Shown here: piece after piece, positions 9,442 through 19,248 of the stretch
How the letters are laid out: every line of letters starts with the position of its first letter
Position numbering within the stretch: position 1 is the first letter of the stretch
DNA from: Trueperaceae bacterium
GTDB lineage: Bacteria > Deinococcota > Deinococci > Deinococcales > Trueperaceae
DNA: 64,000 nt
Direction: 5' to 3'
Assembly (NCBI GenBank): GCA_965213925.1
Contig: OZ243927.1
Span: forward strand, 1,888,001-1,952,000
Translations under genes and position numbers: made by a program
The notes under the pieces: model-generated
What the model was told of the DNA's origin: nothing
The model's database searches: none
The model's input: only the letters and a program-made list of their open reading frames with translations

Positions 9442-10374
9442 TCAGCTGCTATTGGTATTTAGGAAGGTGCGTAGGCGCTCGAGCAGAGCTTCGGCTTGCG
9501 TTTCGGGCACCCAATGACCTGTGTTTGGAAAGATCGTGACCTCTACGTCGCTAGCCACCGAATTCGCCAACGCCTCGAGGATGGGGCCGCTGCTATTCGC
9601 ACCCCCTACCGCTAAAACAGGCATGTCCAAAGGCGTTTCGGAGAAGGTGAGGTTGTCCTCTGCGTCTTGTGCGAAGGCGCGGTAGTAGCCGAGCGTCGCG
9701 GAGAAGCGGTCCATATCGCTGTAGGCCGCCAAGGTGTTTTCAAAGATGCGTTCGGGTAGCGCGTCCGGCTCGAACGCCTGTTCGCGTAAAAACTCTTGCA
9801 GGAAGTAATCTTCTTGCCCCTCAATGAGCGTTTCAGGAACCTCGTCTTGCTGGAAGAAGCCGAAGTGCCAGGCGAGCAACCTTATCTGTGTCCAAGAGGG
9901 CTCAATTCCAGGTAATGGTACATCAACAAAGGTATAGGTGCGCGTGCTCTCTGGATAGTCATTTGCGAAAGCGTAGCCAACCATGCCGCCGATGTCGTGC
10001 CCAACGTAATGGATGGGAGCGAGGTCTAAAGCTAAGACTAGCTCGTGGATGTCGGCGGCTAAGGTACGCTTGTCGTAGCCTCTCTCCGCGATTTCTGACG
10101 CGCCTGCGCCGCGCAGGTCTACGGCGATAACGGTGTAGTCCTCGGCGAGCGTGGGCATAATCTCTTCCCACTCACGCCAAGTCTGCGGCCAGCCGTGCAC
10201 GAGCACGACGGGGTCCCCCTCGCCGCCGATAACATAGTGCATCTCTATACCGTTGACGGTGACGGTTTCGCTCGAAAACACATCATTAGGTAGCTCGCTG
10301 ACACCGCCCGACTCTTGAGCTAAAGTTGTGCTAAGCAGCGATGTTACAAAAACACCAATAAAAAATAGCCTCAT
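9442..10374 (-). CDS. Secreted alpha/beta hydrolase (epoxide hydrolase/dehalogenase-like)
   Basis: Signal peptide, HGWP, GHDIGG (Asp nucleophile), GHWVPE. Confidence 0.85.
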   Translation of the reverse strand: MRLFFIGVFVTSLLSTTLAQESGGVSELPNDVFSSETVTVNGIEMHYVIGGEGDPVVLVHGWPQTWREWEEIMPTLAEDYTVIAVDLRGAGASEIAERGYDKRTLAADIHELVLALDLAPIHYVGHDIGGMVGYAFANDYPESTRTYTFVDVPLPGIEPSWTQIRLLAWHFGFFQQDEVPETLIEGQEDYFLQEFLREQAFEPDALPERIFENTLAAYSDMDRFSATLGYYRAFAQDAEDNLTFSETPLDMPVLAVGGANSSGPILEALANSVASDVEVTIFPNTGHWVPETQAEALLERLRTFLNTNSS

Positions 10375-10425
10375 AAAGCCTCCCTAACCGTGGAGAATGA
10401 CACGGCATCTTTTAGGGTAGACGCT

Positions 10426-11262
10426 CTAGCGGCGTGCGTCTTGAACGTTTTGGACGTTCAGGCTTGGGCTGGGCGAGTTGAGCAGGCTCGGCGTGAACTC
10501 GAGGTAGCGTCTAAAGGCCCGCGTCAGGTGTGCTTGATCGGCGAAGCCAACCTCTAAAGCGGCTTGGGAGATAGGTATACCTTTAAGGATGAGTACCTTG
10601 GCACGCTCGAGCCGCAAAAGTGTTTGATAGCGGTGCGGCGGCACACCCACATGAGCGCGAAAGGCTTTGCGCAGATAGTCCCAGTTCATCTGCGTGACGC
10701 TCCCTAGTGTTTCCAATGACACGTTTTTATTCAAATTTGCCGCCAAATACGCTTTGACCTCACGCACGGCGTGGGGTTCATGACCTATAGGGCGCGGACG
10801 CACATCTATATCGGCGTGACGCTCTAAAAGGAGCGAGAGGGCGTCTACGGTTTGTGCTTGGGCCTCGAGCGTCGAGACGCCCTGCTGCAACTCTGTGAAA
10901 AGAGATATAAAGGGCTTCAAAAGGTCAGGTGCACCCAGCTTAGGAAAGTGGAACGCAGATATCGGTTTGTCCGCCACTGCGCTGCCGACACACCGCAAGG
11001 CGCACGGCTCGATATAGAGAAAGGTGCGGCGCAACCAACCCGCCTCTCCTATGAGGTAGCCCGCATGAGGTTCGCCCGAATCGAAGACAATAAGCTCGTC
11101 TTGAAGCGCCTGGTACGCACCCCGGTAGAAAGCGCGAGCCTTGCCACCCGCAAGCATTCCTATCTCGTAGGCAGCGTGAGCGTGTCCGCTGCCATAGCTG
11201 CTAGGTATGATGCGACTATTCAGAGTCATACCCTCTAAGAGCTGAATAGTCGTGGACACCAT
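10426..11262 (-). CDS. AraC family transcriptional regulator
   Basis: Cupin HAH and GEPHAG; C-terminal VGFADQAHLTRAFR HTH. Confidence 0.9.
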   Translation of the reverse strand: MVSTTIQLLEGMTLNSRIIPSSYGSGHAHAAYEIGMLAGGKARAFYRGAYQALQDELIVFDSGEPHAGYLIGEAGWLRRTFLYIEPCALRCVGSAVADKPISAFHFPKLGAPDLLKPFISLFTELQQGVSTLEAQAQTVDALSLLLERHADIDVRPRPIGHEPHAVREVKAYLAANLNKNVSLETLGSVTQMNWDYLRKAFRAHVGVPPHRYQTLLRLERAKVLILKGIPISQAALEVGFADQAHLTRAFRRYLEFTPSLLNSPSPSLNVQNVQDARR

Positions 11263-11415
11263 AAGGTTATTAAAGCGCTTAGCGAAGGTATATTCAACCC
11301 CTGCTCAACATACTCAGTTTTGCCCCGTCGTCACCTGCACACGCTCAATTCTCCCTCGATTTACGGCCTAATATTAGGCTTGACTTTTGAACATGGCTGA
11401 AAGCTGGGCTCAACT

Positions 11416-12387
11416 TTAAGAATCCGGCAGCCGCTCTGGGTGCTTTTTCTGCCAGTACCTCTTTAGACCCATCACCGTCATCGCGTCGTTCGAGGTGACG
11501 CGGTGGCGCTCCATGACCGCTTCGGAGGCGTTGTCGGCCTCTAATTCTTCGCGCGATAGTTGCGCTAGGCGAGACTCGAGCGCCTCGTCCGCTTCGCCCG
11601 CTCGCAGCCCCGCCAGAACCTCTTGCGCCCACGCCGCGTTCTTCTCCCCCACCTCATCCAAGTGCGCATCGACCTCTCTCACCTCGCCGAAATGCGTCAA
11701 GAGAAGCCGCTCCGCCCCCGCTTGGCGGATGACCTGGAGCGTATCTTCCCACGCCTCTAGATCCACCTCGGGTGGCGGTAACGCAGGGCGCACGACGCCC
11801 GAGCCGGGCAGTTTAATCGCCGCCGCGTCGCCCGTGAACATCGCGCGTTTCTCCATCAGATACGCCACGTGATGCGAGGCGTGACCGGGCGTGTAGAACA
11901 CGTCGAAGCGCTTTCCCGCCGCTTGAAAGGTCTCGCCGTCGCGCACGACGCGCAACAGCTCTTGCGGTAGAGGTTCCATCTCGCCCCAGAGCGTCTCCAT
12001 TTTGTCGCCGTAGATGCGCTTAGCGCTCTTCATCAAGCGGCTGGGATCCAAGAGGTGCGGCGCACCGTTTTCGTGGACGTAGACCTCGGCGTTATAGCGC
12101 CTCGCGAGCGTGCCCGCCGCGCCCGCGTGGTCGAGGTGGATGTGGGTGACCATGACGCTAGAGAGACCCTCCGGCTCGAAGCCCGCCTCGCGAATCGCGG
12201 CTTCCAAATGGTCCAGCGTCGAACCGGGTCCGCTCTCGACCAAGGCGAAGCTGCCCCCCGGTCCTGGCACGAGGTACGCGCCTACCGTCCCTTGATAGTC
12301 CATGTGCCGCGTGTCGAGTAAAAAGACGCTATCTAGCGCCTGGGCGAGGGGCATATTCACGCCGCTCTGATCCATATTTTGACTCAT
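11416..12387 (-). CDS. MBL-fold metallo-hydrolase
   Basis: THIHLDHAG, TPGHASHH, FTGD, LTHFG. Start ATG 12387 overlaps the upstream stop (ATGA). Confidence 0.88.
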   Translation of the reverse strand: MSQNMDQSGVNMPLAQALDSVFLLDTRHMDYQGTVGAYLVPGPGGSFALVESGPGSTLDHLEAAIREAGFEPEGLSSVMVTHIHLDHAGAAGTLARRYNAEVYVHENGAPHLLDPSRLMKSAKRIYGDKMETLWGEMEPLPQELLRVVRDGETFQAAGKRFDVFYTPGHASHHVAYLMEKRAMFTGDAAAIKLPGSGVVRPALPPPEVDLEAWEDTLQVIRQAGAERLLLTHFGEVREVDAHLDEVGEKNAAWAQEVLAGLRAGEADEALESRLAQLSREELEADNASEAVMERHRVTSNDAMTVMGLKRYWQKKHPERLPDS

Positions 12388-13145
12388 CTTGCCTCCACCC
12401 GGTTTCTCAGCGTGCCGACGCCTTCGACGCTGACTTCGATCTCGTCCCCGATTCTCAGAGGTCCGACCCCGTCGGGCGTGCCCGTCAGCACCACGTCCCC
12501 CGGCTCCAAGGTCATGAACGTGCTGATATAGGCGAGTATTTGCGGAACCGAGAAGATGAGGTCCGAGGTGCTGCCGTCTTGCTTTAACTCGCCGTTGACG
12601 CGCGTCTGCACGCTCAGGTTGCTCGTGTCCAAATCCGTTTCCAACCACGGTCCGAGCGGACAGAACCCGTCGGCGGACTTGCCCCGCGTCCACTGCAGGT
12701 CGCTCCGCTGCTTATCCCTCGCGGTCACGTCTACGGCGCAAGTGTAGCCGAGAACGTGAGAGAGGGCGTCCCCCTCCGCGACGTTTTTCATGCGCTTGCC
12801 GACGACGACGGCGAGTTCGCCTTCGTAGTGCAAGTTTTCCGTCCAGGAGGGATAAGGCACCACGTCCCCTGGGCCTGAGAGCGTGTTGAGCGCCTTGAGA
12901 AAAAGCCCCGGCTCGCTCGGCAACTGCCCCTCGTCGCCGCCCATTTCTTTGATGTGCTTGGCATAATTCTTACCGACACAAACGATGCTACGCGGCTCGC
13001 AAGGCGCGAGAAGCGTCACGTCGGATAAGTCCGCGCCTTCACTGCTACGCTCGCCCGTCATGCTTTTCAAAGAGTGAACGTGTCCGCCCTCTAACTCGCC
13101 CCAGTGCACGCCCTTAGAATCCCTATACTTCACACGCTTCAACAC
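12384..13145 (-). CDS. Fumarylacetoacetate hydrolase family protein
   Basis: CVGKNYAKH, HYEGELAVV, DVTARD, GKSADGFCPLGP, LTGTPDGV. Confidence 0.92.
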   Translation of the reverse strand: MLKRVKYRDSKGVHWGELEGGHVHSLKSMTGERSSEGADLSDVTLLAPCEPRSIVCVGKNYAKHIKEMGGDEGQLPSEPGLFLKALNTLSGPGDVVPYPSWTENLHYEGELAVVVGKRMKNVAEGDALSHVLGYTCAVDVTARDKQRSDLQWTRGKSADGFCPLGPWLETDLDTSNLSVQTRVNGELKQDGSTSDLIFSVPQILAYISTFMTLEPGDVVLTGTPDGVGPLRIGDEIEVSVEGVGTLRNRVEAR

Positions 13146-13285
13146 GTCACCTCTTCCAGGTCCTATCATCTGCCGACATTAAATACGAGCATCTTACCCG
13201 GTGGGCTGACATTGTACCCTCTAACCTATCTGTACCTTCCAACCTATCTCGCCACGCCCGACCCTCCCCCTCATCAAGACGTGTC

Positions 13286-14491
13286 ATGCTTAGGCACGTG
13301 AGTAAGCTGCGCATCTTCTTCGCAACGATCGCCGCTGGCGGCGGGCACGTGGCGACGGCGCGGGCGATGGCGCAGGCGGTCGAGGCGACCTATCCGGGCG
13401 AGTTCGAGGTCGAGATGTCGGACTACATGCTCGAGCTAGGTCGGCGTCACCCTGGCGTTCGCACCTTCGACGCGCGGCATAAGGCGCTTTGGAAAGCTAT
13501 CCTCGCGCGCCCGCACCTCGCGCGCTACGGTCAGCGCCTGCTCGACGCTGCGCCGAGGCTTACCTACGCTGCGCACAGGCGGCTGCTGCGCTCTTTCGCG
13601 GCGGTCGTCGCGGAGGATATGAAGGCGCGAGCGCGAGGTCACGCGCCCGCGCTCGTCGTCACGAATCATCCCTTTCTCACCGTGAGCTTCACCCTGGCGC
13701 AACAGGCGAGGGGCTTTCCCGATGTTCCCGTCGTTCACTTCGCCACCGAACCCCTCGACGCGAGCGCGCTCTGGCGCGAGCCTCACGCGGAGCGCGTCGC
13801 GGTGCCGTCCAGAGCGGCGCTCCGCGACCTGCGGCGCATGGGCGTTGCGGAAGATAAGCTCGACCTGGTCGGCTATCCGGTGCAGCAACCTTTCTTACAC
13901 GCGCCTAGCCAAGCCGAAGCGCGCTGCCATCTAGGGCTCAGCGACACCTTTACCTGCCTCGTCTCGCTCGGCAGCGAGGGCGTAGGTAGGGGCGCTGAGC
14001 GGACGGTGCGGGCGCTTTTGGAGCTGGGCGTGCAAGTTGTCGCCGTCACAGGACACAACGAGAGGTTGAGGGCGAGGTTGGAAGCGAGCACGTCCGGCCA
14101 CATCAACTTTACCGTCAGAGGCTTTGTGGACAACATGGCGCAGTATCTCGCTGCTTGCGACCTCATGGTCGGCAAAGCCGGACCCGCCTCGGTGATGGAG
14201 GCGCTCGCGGTCGGTCGCCCCGTTCTGGTGACGCGCTACGCAGGTCTCAACGAGCGCAAGCTCGTCCACTTCCTGAGCGAGCGACGCTTGGGCGCATATG
14301 CGCCCGATATCAAGCGCTTGACCCAGGAGGTCTCGAGCTACCGAAGCGCCCCCGAACGCTTGTGTGAGGTCCGTAGGCGCAGCGCGGCGCTCGGCCTTGC
14401 GGAGATGACCGAGCAGTTGGCGCGCTACTTGGCACGCGCAGCCACACACGGCTTGCCGGAGGCGAGGTTCGAGGGACGAGGGCTGGAGTAA
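13286..14491 (+). CDS. GT28 glycosyltransferase (MGDG synthase/UgtP-like)
   Basis: AGGGH, GFVDNM, GKAGPASVMEA motifs. Confidence 0.85.
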   Translation: MLRHVSKLRIFFATIAAGGGHVATARAMAQAVEATYPGEFEVEMSDYMLELGRRHPGVRTFDARHKALWKAILARPHLARYGQRLLDAAPRLTYAAHRRLLRSFAAVVAEDMKARARGHAPALVVTNHPFLTVSFTLAQQARGFPDVPVVHFATEPLDASALWREPHAERVAVPSRAALRDLRRMGVAEDKLDLVGYPVQQPFLHAPSQAEARCHLGLSDTFTCLVSLGSEGVGRGAERTVRALLELGVQVVAVTGHNERLRARLEASTSGHINFTVRGFVDNMAQYLAACDLMVGKAGPASVMEALAVGRPVLVTRYAGLNERKLVHFLSERRLGAYAPDIKRLTQEVSSYRSAPERLCEVRRRSAALGLAEMTEQLARYLARAATHGLPEARFEGRGLE

Positions 14492-14632
14492 GAGGGCAGA
14501 AGGAGGCGTGTCGTCTCTACGTTTCAGTCGATGTGTTCCTCGTGAGTTCTATAAGTACTTTGGGACGCCGTTCACCGCTTATTGCCGGCATTTCGTCGGC
14601 TTAGCAGCTTTTGGAACGGTTGGAAAACAGGT

Positions 14633-15028
14633 CTAGCGATCGGAATCTGCATATCTTCTCGCTTCGTCCACCGAGTCGGGCGGGTCGATTCTCCACCCTC
14701 GTCCGGTGAGCGTGACCCGGCCCTTGTCGCCCGGACGTGCGCCCGCTAAGCCGTTCGCGCTCAGCACGTCGTAAAGCCGCCCTGTCTTGAGCGAGACCCA
14801 CTCTTGCCGCGCCGGGGTCACCGTTTTGCAGACGACCTCGATAGGCGTAGCTCTTTCGGTCGGGCGAGGTTTCGGCGCGTCTGGCTCGAGCGGCAACGCC
14901 GGGGGCTGAGGCTGCGCCCAACGCACGAGCAAAAAGGCGGCGAGTCCGGCTGAGAGCCCCCACAGCGCGTCTTGCGTGCCGACTAAAACAGCGACGCCGA
15001 CGCCGATGCCGACGAGCCAAACGGTCAC
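14633..15028 (-). CDS. Hypothetical membrane protein
   Basis: Two N-terminal TM segments and a Pro-rich linker; downstream of nfo. Confidence 0.55.
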   Translation of the reverse strand: MTVWLVGIGVGVAVLVGTQDALWGLSAGLAAFLLVRWAQPQPPALPLEPDAPKPRPTERATPIEVVCKTVTPARQEWVSLKTGRLYDVLSANGLAGARPGDKGRVTLTGRGWRIDPPDSVDEARRYADSDR

Positions 15029-15049
15029 GAGGCGTCCATGATGAGCGCG

Positions 15050-15901
15050 CTACGGGTTGCGTAGCGCACGGCGGAGGTTGTCCAGGTCGCGCTTATGACC
15101 GAGGTTGTCTGCGCCTAAAGGGGTCTCGAGCACCAGCGGTACACCCTCTAAGCGAGCGTCGCTCGCCAAGCTGACGAACGCCGCCATGCCGATAGGTCCC
15201 GCGCCTAAGTTCGCGTGGCGGTCTCTGCGCGAGCCGAGCGCGTGCTGCGAGTCGTTGAGGTGGACGCAGGCCAGGTCGTCCCAGCCGACGGTCTCGCCTA
15301 GTTCGTTCATAACCCCGTCATAGTTGTTTTTCAGGTCGTAGCCAGCGGCGAAAGCGTGACAGGTGTCGAAGCAGACCCCTAAGCGTTCACGCCTCTCCAC
15401 GTGCGCCCTTATCCAGGCGAGGTGCTCGAAGCGGCTGCCTAAGACGGTGCCCTGCCCGGCGGTGTTCTCGAGCAGCACCTTCACCTCCAGCTCTGGCTCC
15501 GCGCTAAAGACCTCATCCAACGACTCGACAACCGCCGCTAGCCCGGCTTCTTCGCCGCGCCCCATGTGCGCGCCCGGATGCAGCACCAAGCCGCGGACGC
15601 CGAGCAGGTGGCAGCGCGCCAGTTCGTCACCGAGGGCGCTCAAAGATTTCTGCAAGGTCTCAGGGTTCGCCGCCGCCAAGTTGATGAGGTACGACGCGTG
15701 CGCGACAATGGGCAAGCACCCCTGCGCGGCGTGTTGCGCTCTAAAACGGGCGACTTCAGCGGACGCTAAGGGCTTCGCCTGCCAGCGGCTCGCGTTCTTG
15801 ACGAAGAGCTGCAGGGCGTCGCACCCCAACGCCGCCGCGTTGCCGAGCGCCTTGGAAACGCCGCCCGCAGCGGAGACGTGTGCGCCGAGGAGAGGTGCCA
15901 T
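15050..15901 (-). CDS. nfo: Endonuclease IV
   Basis: LGAHVSAAGG, HASYLINL, LENTAGQG, DTCH, HLNDS, DRHANLG, LETP. Confidence 0.95.
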   Translation of the reverse strand: MAPLLGAHVSAAGGVSKALGNAAALGCDALQLFVKNASRWQAKPLASAEVARFRAQHAAQGCLPIVAHASYLINLAAANPETLQKSLSALGDELARCHLLGVRGLVLHPGAHMGRGEEAGLAAVVESLDEVFSAEPELEVKVLLENTAGQGTVLGSRFEHLAWIRAHVERRERLGVCFDTCHAFAAGYDLKNNYDGVMNELGETVGWDDLACVHLNDSQHALGSRRDRHANLGAGPIGMAAFVSLASDARLEGVPLVLETPLGADNLGHKRDLDNLRRALRNP

Positions 15902-15981
15902 CCGTCAATCTAACCATATCGGGCGCGGGTTGTTTTTGCGGTCGCGAACGAATGAGGCGTGTTAGAACGTCGACTGAGTAG

Positions 15982-16172
15982 TACACTGTTAGCTAAAAAA
16001 TAAAGCATGTCATTCTGAATGTAACGAAGTGGAGCCCCCTTTCGGGGATGAACGATGAAAGAATCTCTGCATTCGCCTTCTCCCCTATGAGAGAGCGAAG
16101 GACGAGACCCCTCGACTTCGCTGTGCTCCGCTCGGGGTGACAACAGTGCTACAAAACTTAATTAACAGTGTA
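15982..16172 (-). mobile_element. MITE family A, copy 1
   Basis: TIRs TACACTGTTAGCTAA / TTAATTAACAGTGTA. Internal TGTCATTCT..GAATCTC and GAGACCC..GGGTGACA arms. GTAG on both flanks. Confidence 0.8.
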
Positions 16173-16334
16173 GTAGCTCGAGAAAAGTAGAGAACACAAA
16201 ACCCTCCCTTTCTCCTTCTCTCCTCACGACGCTCTCCCCGCCAATTCTTTGTCGCCCAGCACAGACCTAGTATCTTCAACCCTGTAACGGAAACCTCACG
16301 TCCCTCGCGCAAGGAGGCTGCTAGACTTGGCGCT

Positions 16335-17330
16335 ATGCCGCAGTTTCGCAAAGACCCTTTTGGCTCTGCTTGGGTCATTATTTCGCCGGAGCGCGGGCTC
16401 TTGCCCTCGGACTTCGGGAGCGCAAAACATGAGAGTGCGCCCTGTTCGCTCTGCCCAGGTCATGAAAGGGGTAAAACGGTGCGGACGCTCGCGCCGAGCG
16501 CGTCGTCTGCTGCCGGGGCGCAGTGGCAGATGCGCGTGTCCGAAAACCCCGCCGCGCTCCTCTCGCCGGGCCGCTTTCAGGTGGGCGGTGGTGACCTTTT
16601 CACCTACGCTTCGGGCGTGGGCTACCAAGAACTCATCACCGAGCATCCGCAACATGACATGCGCTTGGAGAGGATGCCGCCCGCGCACCTCATCGACCTC
16701 CTGAAGCTCTACCGGGACCGAATCGGGCACCTCTCGAGCCGACCCGACATCAAACACGTCCAGCTTTCGCGTAACGTCGGACGCTCGGCGGGCGCGCTCT
16801 ATGACCACGCGCACGCGCAGGTGTTGGCGCTGCCCGTCACGAACCGCTGGGTCGACGAGGAGCACGCCGCCGCGACACGTCACTTCGACGCGCAGCGCCG
16901 CTGCTTATTCTGCGACGTGATTCAAGCTGAACGCGCCGAGCGGAGCCGCCTCATCAGCTCGAACCAGCACTTCGTCGCGCTCGCCCCTTACGCCTCGAAG
17001 ACGCCCTTCGAGGTGTGGCTCTTGCCCAGGGAGCACAGCGCGTCGTTTGCAGATTTAGCGAGCAACACTTTGTCTCTTTTAGCAGACCTGCTACAATCAG
17101 TTGTCAAAGCTATGAATACCGCTCTCAACGACCCGCCTTATAACATGATTCTGCACGCTTTGCCGGCGCAGTCTGAGAGCTACCACTGGCACATCGAAAT
17201 CTTGCCGCGCTTGACTGCGCAGGCGGGTTTCGACTGGGGCAGCGGCTTCTACATTAACCCGACGCCGCCCGAAGACGCCGCACGCTTTCTCAAAGAGGCC
17301 CTGGCGTTGCAAGGGACCATGCATGTGTAG
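16335..17330 (+). CDS. galT: Galactose-1-phosphate uridylyltransferase family protein
   Basis: RKDP..W.IISPER, CSLCPG, HAHAQ, CLFCD, YHWHIEILP, INPTPPE. Confidence 0.85.
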   Translation: MPQFRKDPFGSAWVIISPERGLLPSDFGSAKHESAPCSLCPGHERGKTVRTLAPSASSAAGAQWQMRVSENPAALLSPGRFQVGGGDLFTYASGVGYQELITEHPQHDMRLERMPPAHLIDLLKLYRDRIGHLSSRPDIKHVQLSRNVGRSAGALYDHAHAQVLALPVTNRWVDEEHAAATRHFDAQRRCLFCDVIQAERAERSRLISSNQHFVALAPYASKTPFEVWLLPREHSASFADLASNTLSLLADLLQSVVKAMNTALNDPPYNMILHALPAQSESYHWHIEILPRLTAQAGFDWGSGFYINPTPPEDAARFLKEALALQGTMHV

Positions 17331-17411
17331 GGGCAGGCATGTGTAGGGGCGTGTATAGTGTATACAGCTACTATGCATTAGCCGTTTCACTTATTGTTGC
17401 TGCACTTCTCC

Positions 17412-17509
17412 GCAGATATCATCACTTGAAGTGCGTGCTAGGCAATGTTCTTTTCAGTGAGAGTGTTGCTTCGCATGACTTCGTCCAAGCTGACCAGATG
17501 ATACCTGCT
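17412..17509 (+). mobile_element. Mini-MITE family B, copy 1
   Basis: GCAGATATCATC...TGACCAGATGATACCTGCT; similar to 33388-33465 and 58344-58420. Confidence 0.65.
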
Positions 17510-17526
17510 ATATATAGGGGGCAAAG

Positions 17527-17886
17527 ATGAGCGTTCGTTCACTAGGGCGCAAGGGCAAAAGAGCGAATAGGGGCGCGAACCTGCTCTTTTTGGTCATCGC
17601 GGTGGTCGGCTGCATTCACGCGCTCGCCATGCTCACTCTGGAGATAAGCCGCTCCGTCTACACGGAGCGCGAGGTCGCGCGCTTAGAGCGCGATATCGCG
17701 GCGCTAGAACTCGAGGCTACGAACCTAGAAAACGTCATCGCCCATAAAAACGACCCCGCCTACCGCGAGCAGCTCGCGCGGCTCCAGGGGTTTATCTACG
17801 CCGACGAGTCACGTTACGTCACCGTTTCTGCATCGACCGCGCCCGCAGTAGACACGGAAGAGACGTCTCCTAACACCTCCAACTAA
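17527..17886 (+). CDS. Septum formation initiator (FtsB/DivIC family)
   Basis: Basic N-terminus, one TM, coiled coil, DPAYREQLARLQGFIYADE. Confidence 0.8.
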   Translation: MSVRSLGRKGKRANRGANLLFLVIAVVGCIHALAMLTLEISRSVYTEREVARLERDIAALELEATNLENVIAHKNDPAYREQLARLQGFIYADESRYVTVSASTAPAVDTEETSPNTSN

Positions 17887-17954
17887 AACACTTCAGAGCA
17901 AAACGCTGTGCACGCCACCGAAGCTTGCTCTCGCTTGCTGCTTGAACGAGTCTG

Positions 17955-18347
17955 TTAAAGGGCTAAATGTTCACGAAGCCGCGCATCTATCTCCTCCATA
18001 ACATCTGAGGATAGATGGCCGAGCACATGCTCGATGCGGCTTACGCTCATGTGGCGAAGCAGGTGAGGCTGCGTTTTAGAGTCGTAGTCCAAACCGCTAA
18101 GGTGAACGCGCAAGAGCATTTCGTGCGGGTAGATGCGGCTTAGATGAGTGGTGAGGGGAACAACCGTAACGACGTGCATGGCTGAGTTCGCGATGTTGTT
18201 GCTGACGACAATAGCCGGACGCTTCGAGGCCGCCTCGAAGTGTCTGGCGGGATCAAAATCTATGAGGGCGATTTCCGTCCCTACCTTCACCCGCCTAAGG
18301 GTTGGAGGTGTTTGAAGACGTTTCTTCGCTTGACCCCTCGTTACCAC
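17955..18347 (-). CDS. PemK/MazF family toxin (start uncertain, no adjacent antitoxin)
   Basis: IDFDPA..EAASKRPAIVVSN, VVPLTT, LDYDSK, MEEIDARLREHLAL. Confidence 0.8.
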   Translation of the reverse strand: MVTRGQAKKRLQTPPTLRRVKVGTEIALIDFDPARHFEAASKRPAIVVSNNIANSAMHVVTVVPLTTHLSRIYPHEMLLRVHLSGLDYDSKTQPHLLRHMSVSRIEHVLGHLSSDVMEEIDARLREHLAL

Positions 18348-18453
18348 CTTGTGGTTTGGAAGACAGCACGATGTTTATTCCTTTCTTGCTTGTTAGGCTC
18401 ACGTGGCACATTCGGTTTACACCTACTCGGACGAACATAAGTGAGGAGCAAAC

Positions 18454-19197
18454 ATGGGAAGCTTAGACAATAAGGTTGCAGTGATTACGGGAGCCTCGAG
18501 CGGTATCGGCGAGGCGACGGCGCGGGTTTTAGCGGGCGAAGGTGCCGCCGTCGTGCTCGCGGCGCGGCGCAAAGAGCGCTTGGAAGACCTCAAAAAGGAA
18601 ATCGAAGATAACGGCGGCAAGGCGCTCGTCGTCGAGACGGACGTGACCAAGCGCGAAGACACTCAGAACTTAGTCCAGAGTGCCAAAGACACCTTCGGCA
18701 GCGTGGACATCTTAGTCAACAACGCGGGCGTAATGCTGCTCTCTTTCGTCGAGAAGCTCAAGTTGGACGAGTGGGAGCAGATGGTGGACGTGAACGTCAA
18801 GGGGCTCATGTTCGCTACCGCCGCCGCGCTGCCGACCATGATGGAGCAGCAGAGCGGCCACATCGTCAACATCTCGTCCGTGGCGGGGCGCAAAGTGATG
18901 CAGTCGGGCGCGGTCTACTGCGCGACCAAGTTCGCCGTGACCGCCTTTTCCGAAGGGCTACGCCAGGAACTTGCGCCGAACAAAAATATCCGCGTGACCT
19001 CCATCGAGCCGGGCGCGGTCGCCACCGAGCTGACGAACCACATCACCGACGAGGACGCCATCGAGGGCATGAAAGGGATGATGGACATGACGATTTTGGA
19101 GGGCGAAGACATCGCCCAGTCCATCCTCTACGCGGTCTCGAGCCCGAGCCGCGTCAACATCAACGAAGTGCTGATTTTACCGACCGAGCAAGCGTAA
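18454..19197 (+). CDS. SDR family oxidoreductase
   Basis: TGASSGIG, NNAG, YCATK, IEPG. Confidence 0.93.
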   Translation: MGSLDNKVAVITGASSGIGEATARVLAGEGAAVVLAARRKERLEDLKKEIEDNGGKALVVETDVTKREDTQNLVQSAKDTFGSVDILVNNAGVMLLSFVEKLKLDEWEQMVDVNVKGLMFATAAALPTMMEQQSGHIVNISSVAGRKVMQSGAVYCATKFAVTAFSEGLRQELAPNKNIRVTSIEPGAVATELTNHITDEDAIEGMKGMMDMTILEGEDIAQSILYAVSSPSRVNINEVLILPTEQA

Positions 19198-19248
19198 CGC
19201 GGCGTCAAGGGGTGCGCCGGAAACACGCGCCGAACGGTAGACTAAGCC

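Noticed and set aside
12388..12693. Long N-terminal extension of the MBL hydrolase
   Set aside because: It overlaps the FAH gene in another frame; ATGA coupling gives a start at 12387.
17321..17350. 14-bp direct repeat GCATGTGTAGGGGC over the galT stop
   Set aside because: Probably a local slippage duplication or REP half-site; nothing supports a function.
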